64,000 nucleotides of DNA from Clostridium sp. 26_22 (GTDB taxonomy: Bacteria; Bacillota; Clostridia; TANB77; CAG-508). The position numbers were made by a program, and so were the translations under genes. Numbering within the stretch: position 1 is the stretch's first letter; every line of letters begins with the position of its first letter. Under the pieces are notes generated by a model. That model made no database searches. It was not told where the DNA came from and worked only from the letters and a program-made list of their open reading frames with translations. Shown one piece after another: positions 10,347-20,871 of the stretch. Location of the stretch: assembly GCA_001916005.1 (NCBI GenBank), contig MNRP01000056.1:64182-128181 (forward strand), read 5' to 3'.

Positions 10347-11228
10347 TTATGCTCTTGGATGAGCTTTTCTATATATATCTTTTATTCCTTCATCTTGGAA
10401 TTGCATATAAACTTGTGTTGATGATATATCTGAATGTCCTAGCATTGTTTGTATTGATTTTAAGTCTGCTCCATTTTGTAATAAATGTGTTGCAAATGAA
10501 TGTCTTAAAACGTGTGGTGTTATGTCTTTTGTTATATGTGCTTGATCTTTGTAGTATTTTATAATCTTCCAGAATCCTTGTCTTGTTAATCTTTGACCAT
10601 TTACATTTACAAATAATGCTTTTTCATTATCGTCTTTTATTAATATATTTCTTGCTTGTTCTGTATATTCTTTTAATGCTTTTAATGATAATTTTCCTAA
10701 TGGAATTATTCTTGGTTTGTTTGCGTGTCTACAATTTACGTATCCCTCTTCAAAGTTAATGTCATCTATATCTAATGAAATTATTTCTGTAACTCTCATT
10801 CCTGTAGCATATGCAAATTCTAGCATTGCTTTATCTCTTGTTCCTTTTAAGTCTATGTCTTTTGGTTGATCTAATAATAATTCAACTTCTTTTGATGTTA
10901 ATACACATGGAACTCTTTTTTCTACTTTTGGTGATTGTATATTTCTTGTTGGATCTTTTTTTACTTTTCCTTTTTTCATTGCATATTGATAAAATGATCT
11001 TATTGAGGCTATGCATCTTGAAATAGTTGAAGGTTTTTTACCTAATTCTTCTAATTCTTGTATATATTCTTTCATTGTTTCTTCGTCTACTCTGTTGTAT
11101 GGAACTTCGCATGCTTCTATAAATCTTTTGAATTGTTTTAAATCTCTTTTGTATGATTGTAATGTGTTGTTTGATAATTTTTTATCATTTTCTAAAAATT
11201 CAAAAAAAAGTTTTAATTGTTTCTCCAT
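10347..11228 (-). CDS. xerD: Tyrosine recombinase XerD
   Basis: Phage-integrase SAM-like N-domain, ATGMRVTE, HVLRHSFATHLL, LGHSDISSTQVY catalytic motifs. Adjacent to spoIIM as in Bacillus. Confidence 0.85.
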   Translation of the reverse strand: MEKQLKLFFEFLENDKKLSNNTLQSYKRDLKQFKRFIEACEVPYNRVDEETMKEYIQELEELGKKPSTISRCIASIRSFYQYAMKKGKVKKDPTRNIQSPKVEKRVPCVLTSKEVELLLDQPKDIDLKGTRDKAMLEFAYATGMRVTEIISLDIDDINFEEGYVNCRHANKPRIIPLGKLSLKALKEYTEQARNILIKDDNEKALFVNVNGQRLTRQGFWKIIKYYKDQAHITKDITPHVLRHSFATHLLQNGADLKSIQTMLGHSDISSTQVYMQFQDEGIKDIYRKAHPRA

Positions 11229-11312
11229 TTTTCTTACCCCTATTTCAAAATTATTATTTACATAAATTATGTATATGTTATATCAAAATATTTGTAAAAT
11301 GTAAATACATTT

Positions 11313-11951
11313 TTAGAAATATTTTAAAAATTTTTTTAATAAATTTGTTGATATAAAAGTTTCTACCAGTGCTGCTATACATAATAGTACTAACATAATT
11401 AATGAGAATATTGTATGCCTTAAAATTTCCATTTTTATATTTTCTCTATCTCTATTTTTTACAATTGATTTATATAGTTTGAAGCCACTTACTGCTATTG
11501 CAATTATGGCTGGTATTAGGATTATGTCTTGTAATACTAATGACAATAATACAAATGCTATTCCTTTTGGAAGTCCTAAAATTGTTATAATTGCTGATAT
11601 TGTATATCCTAAGCAAAATCCTCTATATAGTACAATTCCAAATACTATTGGAATTCCTATTACAGTTGTTCCAAAAAACCAAAGTGTTAATGCTAACATT
11701 ATATTTTCTTTTAAGGTTGTTCTAAATAATAGCATATTATCTATTTTTTCTGTGTTTTTTAACTTATCTATAAATGTATTAAAATATGATGTTATTTCAG
11801 AAATTTGTGTATCTTGTGTACTGTTTATAAACATTACTCCTAAAAATATTCCGATTATAAATATTAAGGTTACTAAAATATATTCTTTACTATTATTTAA
11901 TATATGATTTGCAATTATTGTTTTTAAATGAAATCTGCTATTTTTTTTCAT
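11313..11951 (-). CDS. spoIIM: Stage II sporulation protein M
   Basis: About 210 aa multi-TM protein with SpoIIM-like layout. ATG 11951 preceded by AAGGAG. Synteny with xerD. Confidence 0.7.
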   Translation of the reverse strand: MKKNSRFHLKTIIANHILNNSKEYILVTLIFIIGIFLGVMFINSTQDTQISEITSYFNTFIDKLKNTEKIDNMLLFRTTLKENIMLALTLWFFGTTVIGIPIVFGIVLYRGFCLGYTISAIITILGLPKGIAFVLLSLVLQDIILIPAIIAIAVSGFKLYKSIVKNRDRENIKMEILRHTIFSLIMLVLLCIAALVETFISTNLLKKFLKYF

Positions 11952-12025
11952 CAAAAAAATCTCCTTATCAAGCACATATTTTATACATAATGTGTATTCA
12001 ATAATGAGATTTTTAGAACTTTTTA

Positions 12026-13213
12026 TTATATTATTTTTCCGTAGTTTCCTCCTCCACCAGATTGTACTTTAGCATTTCCAGTTCTTGCTTTTTCTATACT
12101 ATTTGCTACTTTTTCTCCAACAACAGCTTCTATATCATCTTTTGATAATTTGTGAAGTATATTCATTTCTGTTTCAAAATTGTCTAAAAGCTTTTCTATT
12201 GTTTTTCCGCCAACTCCTGGTATAAATCCTAATGGTACTTGATATATGTATGGTGGTCTATTTTCTGGACTTTTAGTTTCTTTTTTGTCTTTTATTAATT
12301 CTATTCTATCAAAAACTCCAAAGGTTACTTTGTCACTTCCACAGTATGGACATTTTTCTACTGGTTCTTTTGTTTCTATTGTTTGATTACAATTGTCACA
12401 ATATGTTCTATGATATTTTCCAAGTTTAGGGTCTAATCCATAATTTGCTAAGATTTTTCTTCCATCTTCGTTTTTTAATGCTTTTACTACTTCTTTAAAT
12501 GATATATCTTCTACTTGCATTTTGTTATATTCTCTAGCAATTTTGGGTAAAGAGTGTGCATCTGAATTTGTTACAAAAGTTTTGTTTTCTAACTCTGATA
12601 TTTCATCTGCTAGAAATGTATCTGAACTTAAGCCTAATTCAACTGCAAATATTTTGTCATATTTTTCTTTGAAAATATTTTGTAATCTATCTGTGCAGTT
12701 TCCATAATAGCTTTTAAATGGTGTAAATATATGTGCTGGTATTAAAATTCCATTATATTTTTCTACTATATCTATTAATTCATAACCAGATATATCTGAC
12801 CTTTGAGTGCTCAAAGTTATATTTTTTATGTGATGGCTCATTTCGTTTGAAAATGCTTTTATATCTTTTAGATGTGGGAAAAAGCATACATTATGTGCTG
12901 CTCCACATTTTCCATTTCTTCCTACTTCTGATGTTTCTACTTCACTTCCTAATAATATACAAACTTTATCTTTATATATTATTCCTCCATCTTTTAATTC
13001 ATATGCCTCCCCTGTTTTTAAGAAGTTTTCTATGTCTTCTATAACATAAGGTGATGCACAGTCTATTATTCCTACTACGTTTATTCCTTTTCTTTCAGCA
13101 CATTCTTTTGCTATATTGGCAAAATTTAGACTTCTTGCTGCTGTTATTTTTATTGGTTTTCCGTTTTCTGATCTACCTATGTGTACATGTAAATCTGCAA
13201 ATATTTCGTACAT
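12026..13213 (-). CDS. PHP-domain protein with zinc ribbon, endonuclease Q-like (TIGR00375 family)
   Basis: FADLHVHIGRS N-terminus, CDNC...CPYCG zinc ribbon, C-terminal HhH-like region. Confidence 0.7.
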   Translation of the reverse strand: MYEIFADLHVHIGRSENGKPIKITAARSLNFANIAKECAERKGINVVGIIDCASPYVIEDIENFLKTGEAYELKDGGIIYKDKVCILLGSEVETSEVGRNGKCGAAHNVCFFPHLKDIKAFSNEMSHHIKNITLSTQRSDISGYELIDIVEKYNGILIPAHIFTPFKSYYGNCTDRLQNIFKEKYDKIFAVELGLSSDTFLADEISELENKTFVTNSDAHSLPKIAREYNKMQVEDISFKEVVKALKNEDGRKILANYGLDPKLGKYHRTYCDNCNQTIETKEPVEKCPYCGSDKVTFGVFDRIELIKDKKETKSPENRPPYIYQVPLGFIPGVGGKTIEKLLDNFETEMNILHKLSKDDIEAVVGEKVANSIEKARTGNAKVQSGGGGNYGKII

Positions 13214-13280
13214 TTGTTGTTCCTCTTTTCTTTATTACTTTATGTTTGAAAATAGGCGACTTTTGTGTCGCCTAAAAAAA

Positions 13281-13553
13281 TTATCCTCTTTCTCCCATTG
13301 ATGCTTCCATATCTTTATGAAGTATTGTACTCATGTCTTCTTCTGTAAACAGTGGTACTTTCTCATTTTTTATTAATTTTTGTGTTTGTTTTTCTTGTTG
13401 TTTTTCTTGTACTTTGTGGTTAGTTACTCTTTCAAATCTTGCAAGCATATCTGAACCAAGAACTCTACTCATTGAATTTTCTTCACAAATTCTTTTTAGT
13501 GCTCCAAATGGTGTTCTTCTAACATCTCCAACTTTTTCTTGTGTTTCTAACAT
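13281..13553 (-). CDS. Hypothetical protein, 90 aa
   Basis: ORF translationally coupled (TAATG) to the upstream gene. Confidence 0.4.
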   Translation of the reverse strand: MLETQEKVGDVRRTPFGALKRICEENSMSRVLGSDMLARFERVTNHKVQEKQQEKQTQKLIKNEKVPLFTEEDMSTILHKDMEASMGERG

Positions 13554-14110
13554 TATACTTCTACCTCCTGCATTTGTTCTACAAATGTCTTAAACTGTTC
13601 TAAATATATATTTTCTTTTCCTCTTAAATTGCTTTCTTCTAGTTGAATTAATGCTTTTTCTGGTGAATAACCTGCTCTTTCTGGTCTATCTAAAAGCATT
13701 CCTCCAAAATTATCTACTAATTCTAATATATCACTTTCAGGTTCCCTTGGTTCACTTCCACTATATCTATTAACTTCTTCACAGATTTTGCAAAATCTTT
13801 TATCAAAACCTAATGTTTCTAAAAATTCTGCTCCATTTTTAGCATAATTGTGCAAGCTTTCTAAGCTTTGTGGTCCATCTATTTTTTTACAATTACACAA
13901 TAAGCAAGCTGTTAACACAAGATTTCTATCAACATCTAAATTTGAATAATCTATAAACATTCTTGCTATTTCTGTTTTGAATATTACTGTGTTATTAAAG
14001 TATATCGTTATTCCTTTTCTTTCTTTTAGCAATCTTTGTAGTCTATTTAATATATCCATTTTATTTACTAAATCTGTTTCTTTTAAAAGATAATCTGCAA
14101 ATGTTTCCAT
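13553..14110 (-). CDS. Hypothetical protein, 185 aa, possibly a degenerate HD-like fold
   Basis: ORF only; helical Cys-containing sequence with no firm family assignment. Confidence 0.45.
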   Translation of the reverse strand: METFADYLLKETDLVNKMDILNRLQRLLKERKGITIYFNNTVIFKTEIARMFIDYSNLDVDRNLVLTACLLCNCKKIDGPQSLESLHNYAKNGAEFLETLGFDKRFCKICEEVNRYSGSEPREPESDILELVDNFGGMLLDRPERAGYSPEKALIQLEESNLRGKENIYLEQFKTFVEQMQEVEV

Positions 14111-14219
14111 TTTTTCCCCCTAAAGTTTTCATTATTATTCTCTATAATTATAATTTAAACTTTATTAATTTGCAATAAATTTTACAAATGTAATATAAAT
14201 GTAATATTTCTTCAAAATA

Positions 14220-14654
14220 CTACAAAGTTTTTATTGCATTTCTCGCCATTTCATCACATCTATTGTTAAATTCATTATCACTATGACCTTTTACTTTTAT
14301 AAATTTCACCTTATGTTTTTGAGTCATTTTATATATTTCTTCCCAAATTTCTTTATTTTTGACAGGTTCTTTACTTGAATTTTTCCAGTTATTTTTTTGC
14401 CATCCGTAAATCCAACCTTGGTTAAATCCGTTTACTAAATATGCACTATCACTATACAATTCTACTTCACATGGAAATTTTAAAAGTTTTAAAGCTTCTA
14501 ATGCTGCTGTTAATTCCATAACATTATTTGTTGTGTCTTTTTTTCCTCCTGAAATTTCTTTTTTGGTATCTTTATACATTAAAATTGCACCCCAACCACC
14601 TGGTCCAGGATTTCCAGAACAAGCACCATCTGTATATATAATTACTTTTTCCAT
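14220..14654 (-). CDS. rnhA: Ribonuclease HI
   Basis: [41 protein letters not shown] motifs. Confidence 0.9.
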   Translation of the reverse strand: MEKVIIYTDGACSGNPGPGGWGAILMYKDTKKEISGGKKDTTNNVMELTAALEALKLLKFPCEVELYSDSAYLVNGFNQGWIYGWQKNNWKNSSKEPVKNKEIWEEIYKMTQKHKVKFIKVKGHSDNEFNNRCDEMARNAIKTL

Positions 14655-14745
14655 AAAACCACTTCCTTGTATTTTTTTACTATTTATGATATTATATCAA
14701 TGTAATAAAAAATAAACAAGAGTTTTTTGAAAGGATGGTAATTTT

Positions 14746-15978
14746 ATGAGTAAAGTTTTAGGAATTGTTGCTGAATACAATCCATTCCACAATGGTCATT
14801 TATACCATTTAAATGAATCAAAAAAGTTAACCGGTGCAGATTATACAATTGCTATTATTGGTGGTAATTTTACACAACGTGGTTCTACTTCTTTAATTGA
14901 TAAATGGTCTAAAGCTAAAATGGCTCTTTTAAATGGTGTTGATTTAGTAATTGAACTTCCTGTTTTATATGCTACATCAAGTGCTGAAAACTTTGCTGAT
15001 GGAGCTATCAAGATTTTAAACTCTTTAAATATAGTAGATTATATTTCTTTTGGAGCTGAAACATCAAATGTAGATATTTTAGATAAATTTGCTGATGTTT
15101 TATATAACGAACCAAAAGAATATCAAAATCTTCTTGCACATGAATTAAAAAAAGGCTTATCTTTTCCTAAAGCTAGAGAAAATGCTTTATTAATGTATAT
15201 AAATGATATTAGAAATTCAGTTAATGTTTTATCTTCTCCTAATAATATTTTAGGAATTGAATATTTGAAAGCTTTAAAAAAATACAATAGTAATATACAA
15301 CCTATTGCTATTTCTAGACGAGAAGCAGATTACAATAGTACAAGTTTTTCTAATAATATAGCCAGTGCAACAGCTATAAGGAATTTAGTTAATAATAAAA
15401 GTTTTGATATTATTAATAACTTACTTCCTATTTCTTCTTTAGAAATTCTAATGGAAGAAATTAGAAATGGTCATATTGTTATTGGTTTATCTGTTTTTGA
15501 AAAAGAAATTATTTATAATTTAAGGAAAATGAGTGTTGATGAAATTAGAAATTTACCTGATGTTTCTGAAGGACTTGAATTTGCTATTAAAAATGCTGCT
15601 AATTCTTGTAATAGCATTGTTGAATTTTTAAATATTGTTAAATCTAAAAGATATACTTCAACAAGACTTCAACGTATTCTTTTATATACTTTACTCGGAA
15701 TTACAAAAAAAGATATGGAGATTTCTAAAAAAACTTTGCCTTATGTTCGTGTCTTAGGTTTTAATGATAATGGTAAAAATTTAATTTCTGAAATTTATAG
15801 ACGTAATACAAAAATTAATATTATTACTTCTGTTAAGAAGTTTTTAGATAATAATTCTAATAAGAATTTAAGGCGTATACTTGATATTGATATTTTTTCT
15901 ACTAATGTTTTTACTATTGGATTTGAGTATGATTCTTTGAATAATTTGGATTTTACTAATGGAATTATTAAGATTTAA
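14746..15978 (+). CDS. tmcAL: tRNA(Met) cytidine acetate ligase (UPF0348/YlbM)
   Basis: GIVAEYNPFHNGHLYHL nucleotidyltransferase motif; about 410 aa family length. Confidence 0.85.
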   Translation: MSKVLGIVAEYNPFHNGHLYHLNESKKLTGADYTIAIIGGNFTQRGSTSLIDKWSKAKMALLNGVDLVIELPVLYATSSAENFADGAIKILNSLNIVDYISFGAETSNVDILDKFADVLYNEPKEYQNLLAHELKKGLSFPKARENALLMYINDIRNSVNVLSSPNNILGIEYLKALKKYNSNIQPIAISRREADYNSTSFSNNIASATAIRNLVNNKSFDIINNLLPISSLEILMEEIRNGHIVIGLSVFEKEIIYNLRKMSVDEIRNLPDVSEGLEFAIKNAANSCNSIVEFLNIVKSKRYTSTRLQRILLYTLLGITKKDMEISKKTLPYVRVLGFNDNGKNLISEIYRRNTKINIITSVKKFLDNNSNKNLRRILDIDIFSTNVFTIGFEYDSLNNLDFTNGIIKI

Positions 15979-15982
15979 TAAA

Positions 15983-16012
15983 AAACAGGAAATATCAAAT
16001 TTCCTGTTTTTT
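15983..16012. terminator. Bidirectional terminator between tmcAL and glgP
   Basis: AACAGGAAAT ... ATTTCCTGTT hairpin with flanking A/T runs. Confidence 0.6.
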
Positions 16013-16101
16013 ATTATTTTAATTTTTCTATTTTGTCTTTTTTTCTTCAGATTTTCCTTTTTTTCGTAGCATGATTTTATTCCTGTTTCTTTTTAATATC
16101 T

Positions 16102-18669
16102 TTATTTTGTTACCCATCTTACTAAATTTAAATTTTCTGCATCAAGTAACATCTCATGTCTTGGCATAACTCTAAATGTATAACCATAGTTTCCGCCTGT
16201 TTTTAATTCTATTTTTGTTGTATATTCATACTTCTTGTTTTCTTCATCTTTTCCTGTTAATTTCATAGGAATAATGCTTACATTTTCAACAATTCCATTG
16301 TCTAAGATTTTTCCATAATAACATTCTACTGTTATATTGTCTAAATCTACATTTGGAAGTTCAACTTCGCATTTTACTTCAATATTATTTCCAGCATCTA
16401 TTGTTATGTTGTCTAGGTTATTTGTTTGAGTTATTTTTATATCTTTCCAATTTATGTATAAGTTCTTTTTCCATAAATTATATTCTGCAACTGTGTCAAC
16501 ATTTTGATAATATTTTTTTGTTAAGTTGCATAATGGCATATATAGATTATTTGTATAATCTACTAACATTCTTGCTGTACTGTATTTTCCACCTGTTGAG
16601 ATTATTGAGTTTTTCATTATTCTAATCCATTTTGGTGAAATACCTTCTTCGTTTTTATTATAATATGTTGGTATAATTTTGTCTTCTAATGTACGATACA
16701 TACTTTGACTATCTGCAATATCTTGTTCCTCATATGAGTTATATTCTGCATTTGTTCCAATTGTCCAACCATTTTCTTGATTATAACCTTCAGCCCACCA
16801 GCCATCTAGTACACTAAAGTTTATAACTCCATTTACAGATGCTTTTTGTCCACTTGTTCCAGATGCTTCCATTGGTCTTCTTGGATTATTTAGCCATACA
16901 TCGACACCACTTACTAAATATTGTGACATTGCTATATTGTAATTTTCTAATAAGAAAATTTTTCCTTTAAATTGTGGCATCATTGATATTTCATGTATTC
17001 TTTTTATTAAATCTTGTCCTTCTTTATCTGCTGGATGTGCTTTTCCTGCAAATATTAATTGGACTGGTTTTTCTGAGTTATTTAATATTTGTGTTATTCT
17101 TTCTAAATCTTTAAATATTAATGTTGCTCTTTTATATGTTGCAAATCTTCTTGCAAATCCTATTGTTAATGCATTTGGATTTAATTTTGATGTTATTTCG
17201 TTTATCTCTTCATAGCTATAACCTGATCTTCTTAGTCTTTGTGTTGTGTTATCTTTAACTAATTTTAATAATTTTTCTTTTCTGTCTTGATGTGTTTCCC
17301 ATAATGTTTTATCTGGAATATTGTTTATTTTTTCCCATATTTTATCTTCATGTATATTATCTTGCCAATATGGCATTAAGTATTTGTTGTATAGTTCTTT
17401 TAATTTTGGTGATAACCATGAGCAAGTATGAATTCCGTTTGTTACGTATGTTATAGGTGATTCATTTGCTGCTATATCTGGCCAAACATCTCCAAATAAT
17501 TCTCTTGATACCGCACCATGTAATTTACTAACTCCGTTTTTCTTTCCTGCAACTTTAAGTGCCAATATTCCCATATTAAATCCTGGTTCTAGTATTTGAC
17601 TTGGTTTCATTCCTAATCTTAGGAACTCTTCTCTATCTAATCCTAATCTTGGCCAGAAATCTTTGAAATATTTATCTACTAAGTCTAATGGAAAGATATC
17701 ATTTCCAGCTGGTACTGGTGTATGTGTTGTAAATACTGTTTTTGAACTTGCTATATCTCTTGCAACATCAAATGATACTTGTTTTTCTTTTATTATATTT
17801 TTTATTAATTCTAATATTAAGAAGGCTGAATGTCCTTCGTTCATATGGTAAATTGTTGGGTTTAATCCTAATGCTCTTGTTAATAGATTTGTTCCTCCCA
17901 TTCCAAGAACTATTTCTTGTCTTATTCTCATTTCTTGGTCTCCACCATATAATCTTAATGTGACATCTCTATCTTCTGGATTATTTTTTTCTATGTCTGA
18001 ATCTAATAAATATAATTTTATTCTTCCAACGTTTATTTGCCATACTTTTAAATATAATCTTCTTTTTGGGAATTTAACATATATTATTAAATCTTCTCCA
18101 TTTTTATCTTTTACTGGATTTATTGGTAAATTGCTTAATTCTATGTTTATATATTCTGTTTCTTGGTCTCCATACCCATTTATCTTTTGATGAAAATAAC
18201 CATTTTTATATAGTAATCCAACTGCTACTAATGGTATTCCTAAGTCACTTGCTGATTTTAGATGGTCACCTGATAATATTCCAAGCCCTCCTGAATATAT
18301 TGGTATTGTTCTGTCTAATCCATATTCAGCTGAAAAATATGCTATTAAATCATTTTTATTTTCTGGATAATTATTTGCAAACCATGTATTTTTGCTATTC
18401 ATATAATCTTCAAATTGTCTTGCTAATTTGTCATATTCTTTTAGGAATTCTACATTTTTAGAAACAGCTTCTAATCTTTCTTGTGATACTTGTTTTAAAA
18501 ATTTTACAGGATTTTTTTCACAAGTTTCCCATAAATCATTGTCTATTGTTTTAAATAGTCTTAAAAATTCTGTGTTCCATGACCACCATAAGTTATTTGA
18601 AATTTCTGATAGTTTTTCAATCCTTTTTGGTAATTGTGGGTTTACAGTTATTTTGTTAAATACGTACAT
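16102..18669 (-). CDS. glgP: Alpha-glucan phosphorylase (GT35, DUF3417 N-terminus)
   Basis: 855 aa, GGLGILSGDHLKSASDLG, EASGTSGQKA PLP-site region. Confidence 0.9.
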   Translation of the reverse strand: MYVFNKITVNPQLPKRIEKLSEISNNLWWSWNTEFLRLFKTIDNDLWETCEKNPVKFLKQVSQERLEAVSKNVEFLKEYDKLARQFEDYMNSKNTWFANNYPENKNDLIAYFSAEYGLDRTIPIYSGGLGILSGDHLKSASDLGIPLVAVGLLYKNGYFHQKINGYGDQETEYINIELSNLPINPVKDKNGEDLIIYVKFPKRRLYLKVWQINVGRIKLYLLDSDIEKNNPEDRDVTLRLYGGDQEMRIRQEIVLGMGGTNLLTRALGLNPTIYHMNEGHSAFLILELIKNIIKEKQVSFDVARDIASSKTVFTTHTPVPAGNDIFPLDLVDKYFKDFWPRLGLDREEFLRLGMKPSQILEPGFNMGILALKVAGKKNGVSKLHGAVSRELFGDVWPDIAANESPITYVTNGIHTCSWLSPKLKELYNKYLMPYWQDNIHEDKIWEKINNIPDKTLWETHQDRKEKLLKLVKDNTTQRLRRSGYSYEEINEITSKLNPNALTIGFARRFATYKRATLIFKDLERITQILNNSEKPVQLIFAGKAHPADKEGQDLIKRIHEISMMPQFKGKIFLLENYNIAMSQYLVSGVDVWLNNPRRPMEASGTSGQKASVNGVINFSVLDGWWAEGYNQENGWTIGTNAEYNSYEEQDIADSQSMYRTLEDKIIPTYYNKNEEGISPKWIRIMKNSIISTGGKYSTARMLVDYTNNLYMPLCNLTKKYYQNVDTVAEYNLWKKNLYINWKDIKITQTNNLDNITIDAGNNIEVKCEVELPNVDLDNITVECYYGKILDNGIVENVSIIPMKLTGKDEENKKYEYTTKIELKTGGNYGYTFRVMPRHEMLLDAENLNLVRWVTK

Positions 18670-18707
18670 TTTTATTTTCCTCCTTGGTATTTTATAAATT
18701 ATTGTTT

Positions 18708-19052
18708 TTATCTTTCTTGTTGTTCGTTTTCGTGATACATTTGTATTGTATCTTCTATTGTTTTTTCATATGCTTCGTTTCTTTGTTGGTATTGTTTTTT
18801 GAAGTTTGCTACTTTTTGTTTTTCGGAATTTTCGTTTTCTTTCAAATTTTTTATATGTTTTTTTCTGCCATTTTCCATTTCAAAAATTTCTTTTGTATCT
18901 TGTCTTTTTTGTCTTTTATTGTTTTCATCTTCTTTTGTTGAGTCTATGCCTTTTCCAACAACAAAGATTTTTTCAATTTTTTTTATTCTTTCTATTGATT
19001 TTATTTTGTTGTTTGTGTTTATTTTTTCGATTTCCATATAGCTTTTCTCCAA
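18708..19052 (-). CDS. Hypothetical Lys/Glu-rich protein
   Basis: ORF only; highly charged low-complexity sequence. Confidence 0.35.
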   Translation of the reverse strand: MEKSYMEIEKINTNNKIKSIERIKKIEKIFVVGKGIDSTKEDENNKRQKRQDTKEIFEMENGRKKHIKNLKENENSEKQKVANFKKQYQQRNEAYEKTIEDTIQMYHENEQQER

Positions 19053-19124
19053 TTCTTTTATATTATAATAATAAAATAAAAAAAGTACAAGTCTTTTTTT
19101 AAAACTTATGCTTTTTTTATTTTT

Positions 19125-19736
19125 TTAGAACTTATAGCCTATTATATTACATGGAATCGCAACTGTATTGTTTATCCCATTGTTTGAACCACTTCCTGTT
19201 GTATATCCATCATTAAAATATACTTTATTTTTTTCACCATTAACTATTCTATACATTAATGGATGTCCGTCCCATCCTGATTCATACCATGATGTCTTTA
19301 GCGATGTTGATATTTTATTATCTATTACTAAACTTTCTACTGAAAAAAACTGATTAGCCACCACATCGGTTTCTTTTGAATAAGATGTTTGAAAAAATAT
19401 TTTCACGTAATCATAATTTTCCAAATTGTCACTTAATTCTACGGTTTGTGCAGCAAATTCAGAAGTAATATCATTATTCTTCCATAAAACTTTTCCTTTA
19501 TTACTACTTTCTTCTCTTACAGCTCCGCCAACTATTTCATTTATTTTATTATCATAATCTGATAATATTGTATTTTCTTCGTTTTGTGCATTCTCCATCG
19601 CATTTTTGGCTTGTTTTGCATTTTCAAATAATCCAGTTTGAGTCAATGCTGTTATTGCTACTCCTGCAAGAATTAATAAAATAATTATTGTTATAACTAG
19701 CGCTACTAATGTAATACCATTTATATTTTTTTTCAT
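19125..19736 (-). CDS. Pilin-like protein with prepilin-type N-terminal hydrophobic segment
   Basis: N-terminus MKKNINGITLVALVITIIILLILAGVAITALTQTGLFENAKQAKNAM is class-III signal-peptide-like (G at -1, no E at +5). C-terminal domain is unique. Confidence 0.6.
   Translation of the reverse strand: MKKNINGITLVALVITIIILLILAGVAITALTQTGLFENAKQAKNAMENAQNEENTILSDYDNKINEIVGGAVREESSNKGKVLWKNNDITSEFAAQTVELSDNLENYDYVKIFFQTSYSKETDVVANQFFSVESLVIDNKISTSLKTSWYESGWDGHPLMYRIVNGEKNKVYFNDGYTTGSGSNNGINNTVAIPCNIIGYKF
19600..19718. repeat. Copy 1 of a 119 nt direct repeat (5' cassette of the pilin-like genes)
   Basis: Hand alignment to 20286..20404 gives 7 mismatches in 119 nt, including a 59 nt identical run. 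Confidence 0.8.
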
Positions 19737-19771
19737 CTTATTTTCCTCACCTTCAATTAATTTAAGTATTT

Positions 19772-20431
19772 TTATTTTATTCCTTTTATATTTGTTATTC
19801 TAATCTTGTTAAAAACAGATGTATTTGTTGATCTACCATATTGAAACATTATTGTCTTATTATCTTTTAGCCAAAATGAAACTCTATTCCAATTATCACC
19901 TAAATTGGAAATTATCCAAAAGACATTTGAATATACAAATTCATTTGTATTACTATAATGTTCTTTTATTTGGCTAACAGAGTATCTTTGAGAAAAAGGA
20001 TATGAATACCCTTCTGTTGAATAATTATTATCACATTCAAATTCTATATAATTATAATTTTCAATTGATTCAGATAATGTTATTATATTATTAGTTGTGT
20101 ATATTATCTGATCTGAATTTGTATTGAATATATATCCGTTTTCGTCTTTATTATATATTCCATCTTCTTTATTTATTAAACTTACTCCACTTTCTTTGTT
20201 ATTTCTATTACTACTAATATATTCATCTATTTTTTCACTGTAATCTCCTAAAATCGTATTCTCCTCATCTTCTGAATTTTTCATAGCATTTTTTGCTTGT
20301 TTTGCATTTTCAAATAATCCAGTTTGAGTCAATGCTGTTATTGCTACTCCTGCTAAAATTAATAAAATAATTATTGTAATAACTAACGCTACTAATGTTA
20401 TTCCTTTATTTAAATTTTCTTTTGTTTTCAT
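19772..20431 (-). CDS. Pilin-like protein, paralog of 19125..19736
   Basis: Near-identical N-terminal roughly 45 aa (KGITLVALVITIIILLILAGVAITALTQTGLFENAKQAKNAM) with an unrelated C-terminal domain. Confidence 0.6.
   Translation of the reverse strand: MKTKENLNKGITLVALVITIIILLILAGVAITALTQTGLFENAKQAKNAMKNSEDEENTILGDYSEKIDEYISSNRNNKESGVSLINKEDGIYNKDENGYIFNTNSDQIIYTTNNIITLSESIENYNYIEFECDNNYSTEGYSYPFSQRYSVSQIKEHYSNTNEFVYSNVFWIISNLGDNWNRVSFWLKDNKTIMFQYGRSTNTSVFNKIRITNIKGIK
20286..20404. repeat. Copy 2 of the 119 nt direct repeat
   Basis: See copy 1; offset 686 nt. Confidence 0.8.
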
Positions 20432-20584
20432 ATATATTCCTCCTAAAATTTTCTCACTAAAAATATACTAACATTAAATTTTAAAAAATGCAATACTTTT
20501 GTCTGGTATTTTTTAAAACATTTTTGTGAGACAATTATTAATATTATTATATACATAATTTAAATTTTTATTGGAGGAATAACT

Positions 20585-20797
20585 ATGTTTGAAATATCAA
20601 AATATAAAAAAAGTAATGTTAAAATTTCTATAAGATTACCTGAAAATATTAATGAAACTTTAAAGAAAATAGCTAAAAAAGAAAATATGAGTTTTAATAA
20701 TGTAATTGTAAGTTGTATTCAAAATTCTCTTGATGAAATGGATTTAAAAAAGTATAAAGATGTTGAACTTGATGAAAATAAGGAACTTAAAGTTTAA
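20585..20797 (+). CDS. Small ribbon-helix-helix-like protein
   Basis: VKISIRLPENINETLKKIAKKENMSFNNVIVSCI resembles a CopG/Arc RHH. RBS GGAGGA. Confidence 0.45.
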   Translation: MFEISKYKKSNVKISIRLPENINETLKKIAKKENMSFNNVIVSCIQNSLDEMDLKKYKDVELDENKELKV

Positions 20798-20871
20798 AAT
20801 AAAAATACCTCAAAATTATTGATTTTTTTGTCTTAATAGTTTTGAGGTATTTGTTTTAAATTATTTCCGTT

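Noticed and set aside
13281-14110. Possibility that ORFs 13553..14110 and 13281..13553 are one frameshifted gene.
   Set aside because: The junction is a clean TAATG stop/start overlap typical of translational coupling. No conserved motif is split across it.
18684-19102. Three overlapping plus-strand ORFs (18684..18941, 18799..19041, 18806..19102) in a T-rich stretch.
   Set aside because: They are composition artefacts opposite the Lys/Glu-rich minus-strand ORF 18708..19052. Even that ORF is only weakly supported.
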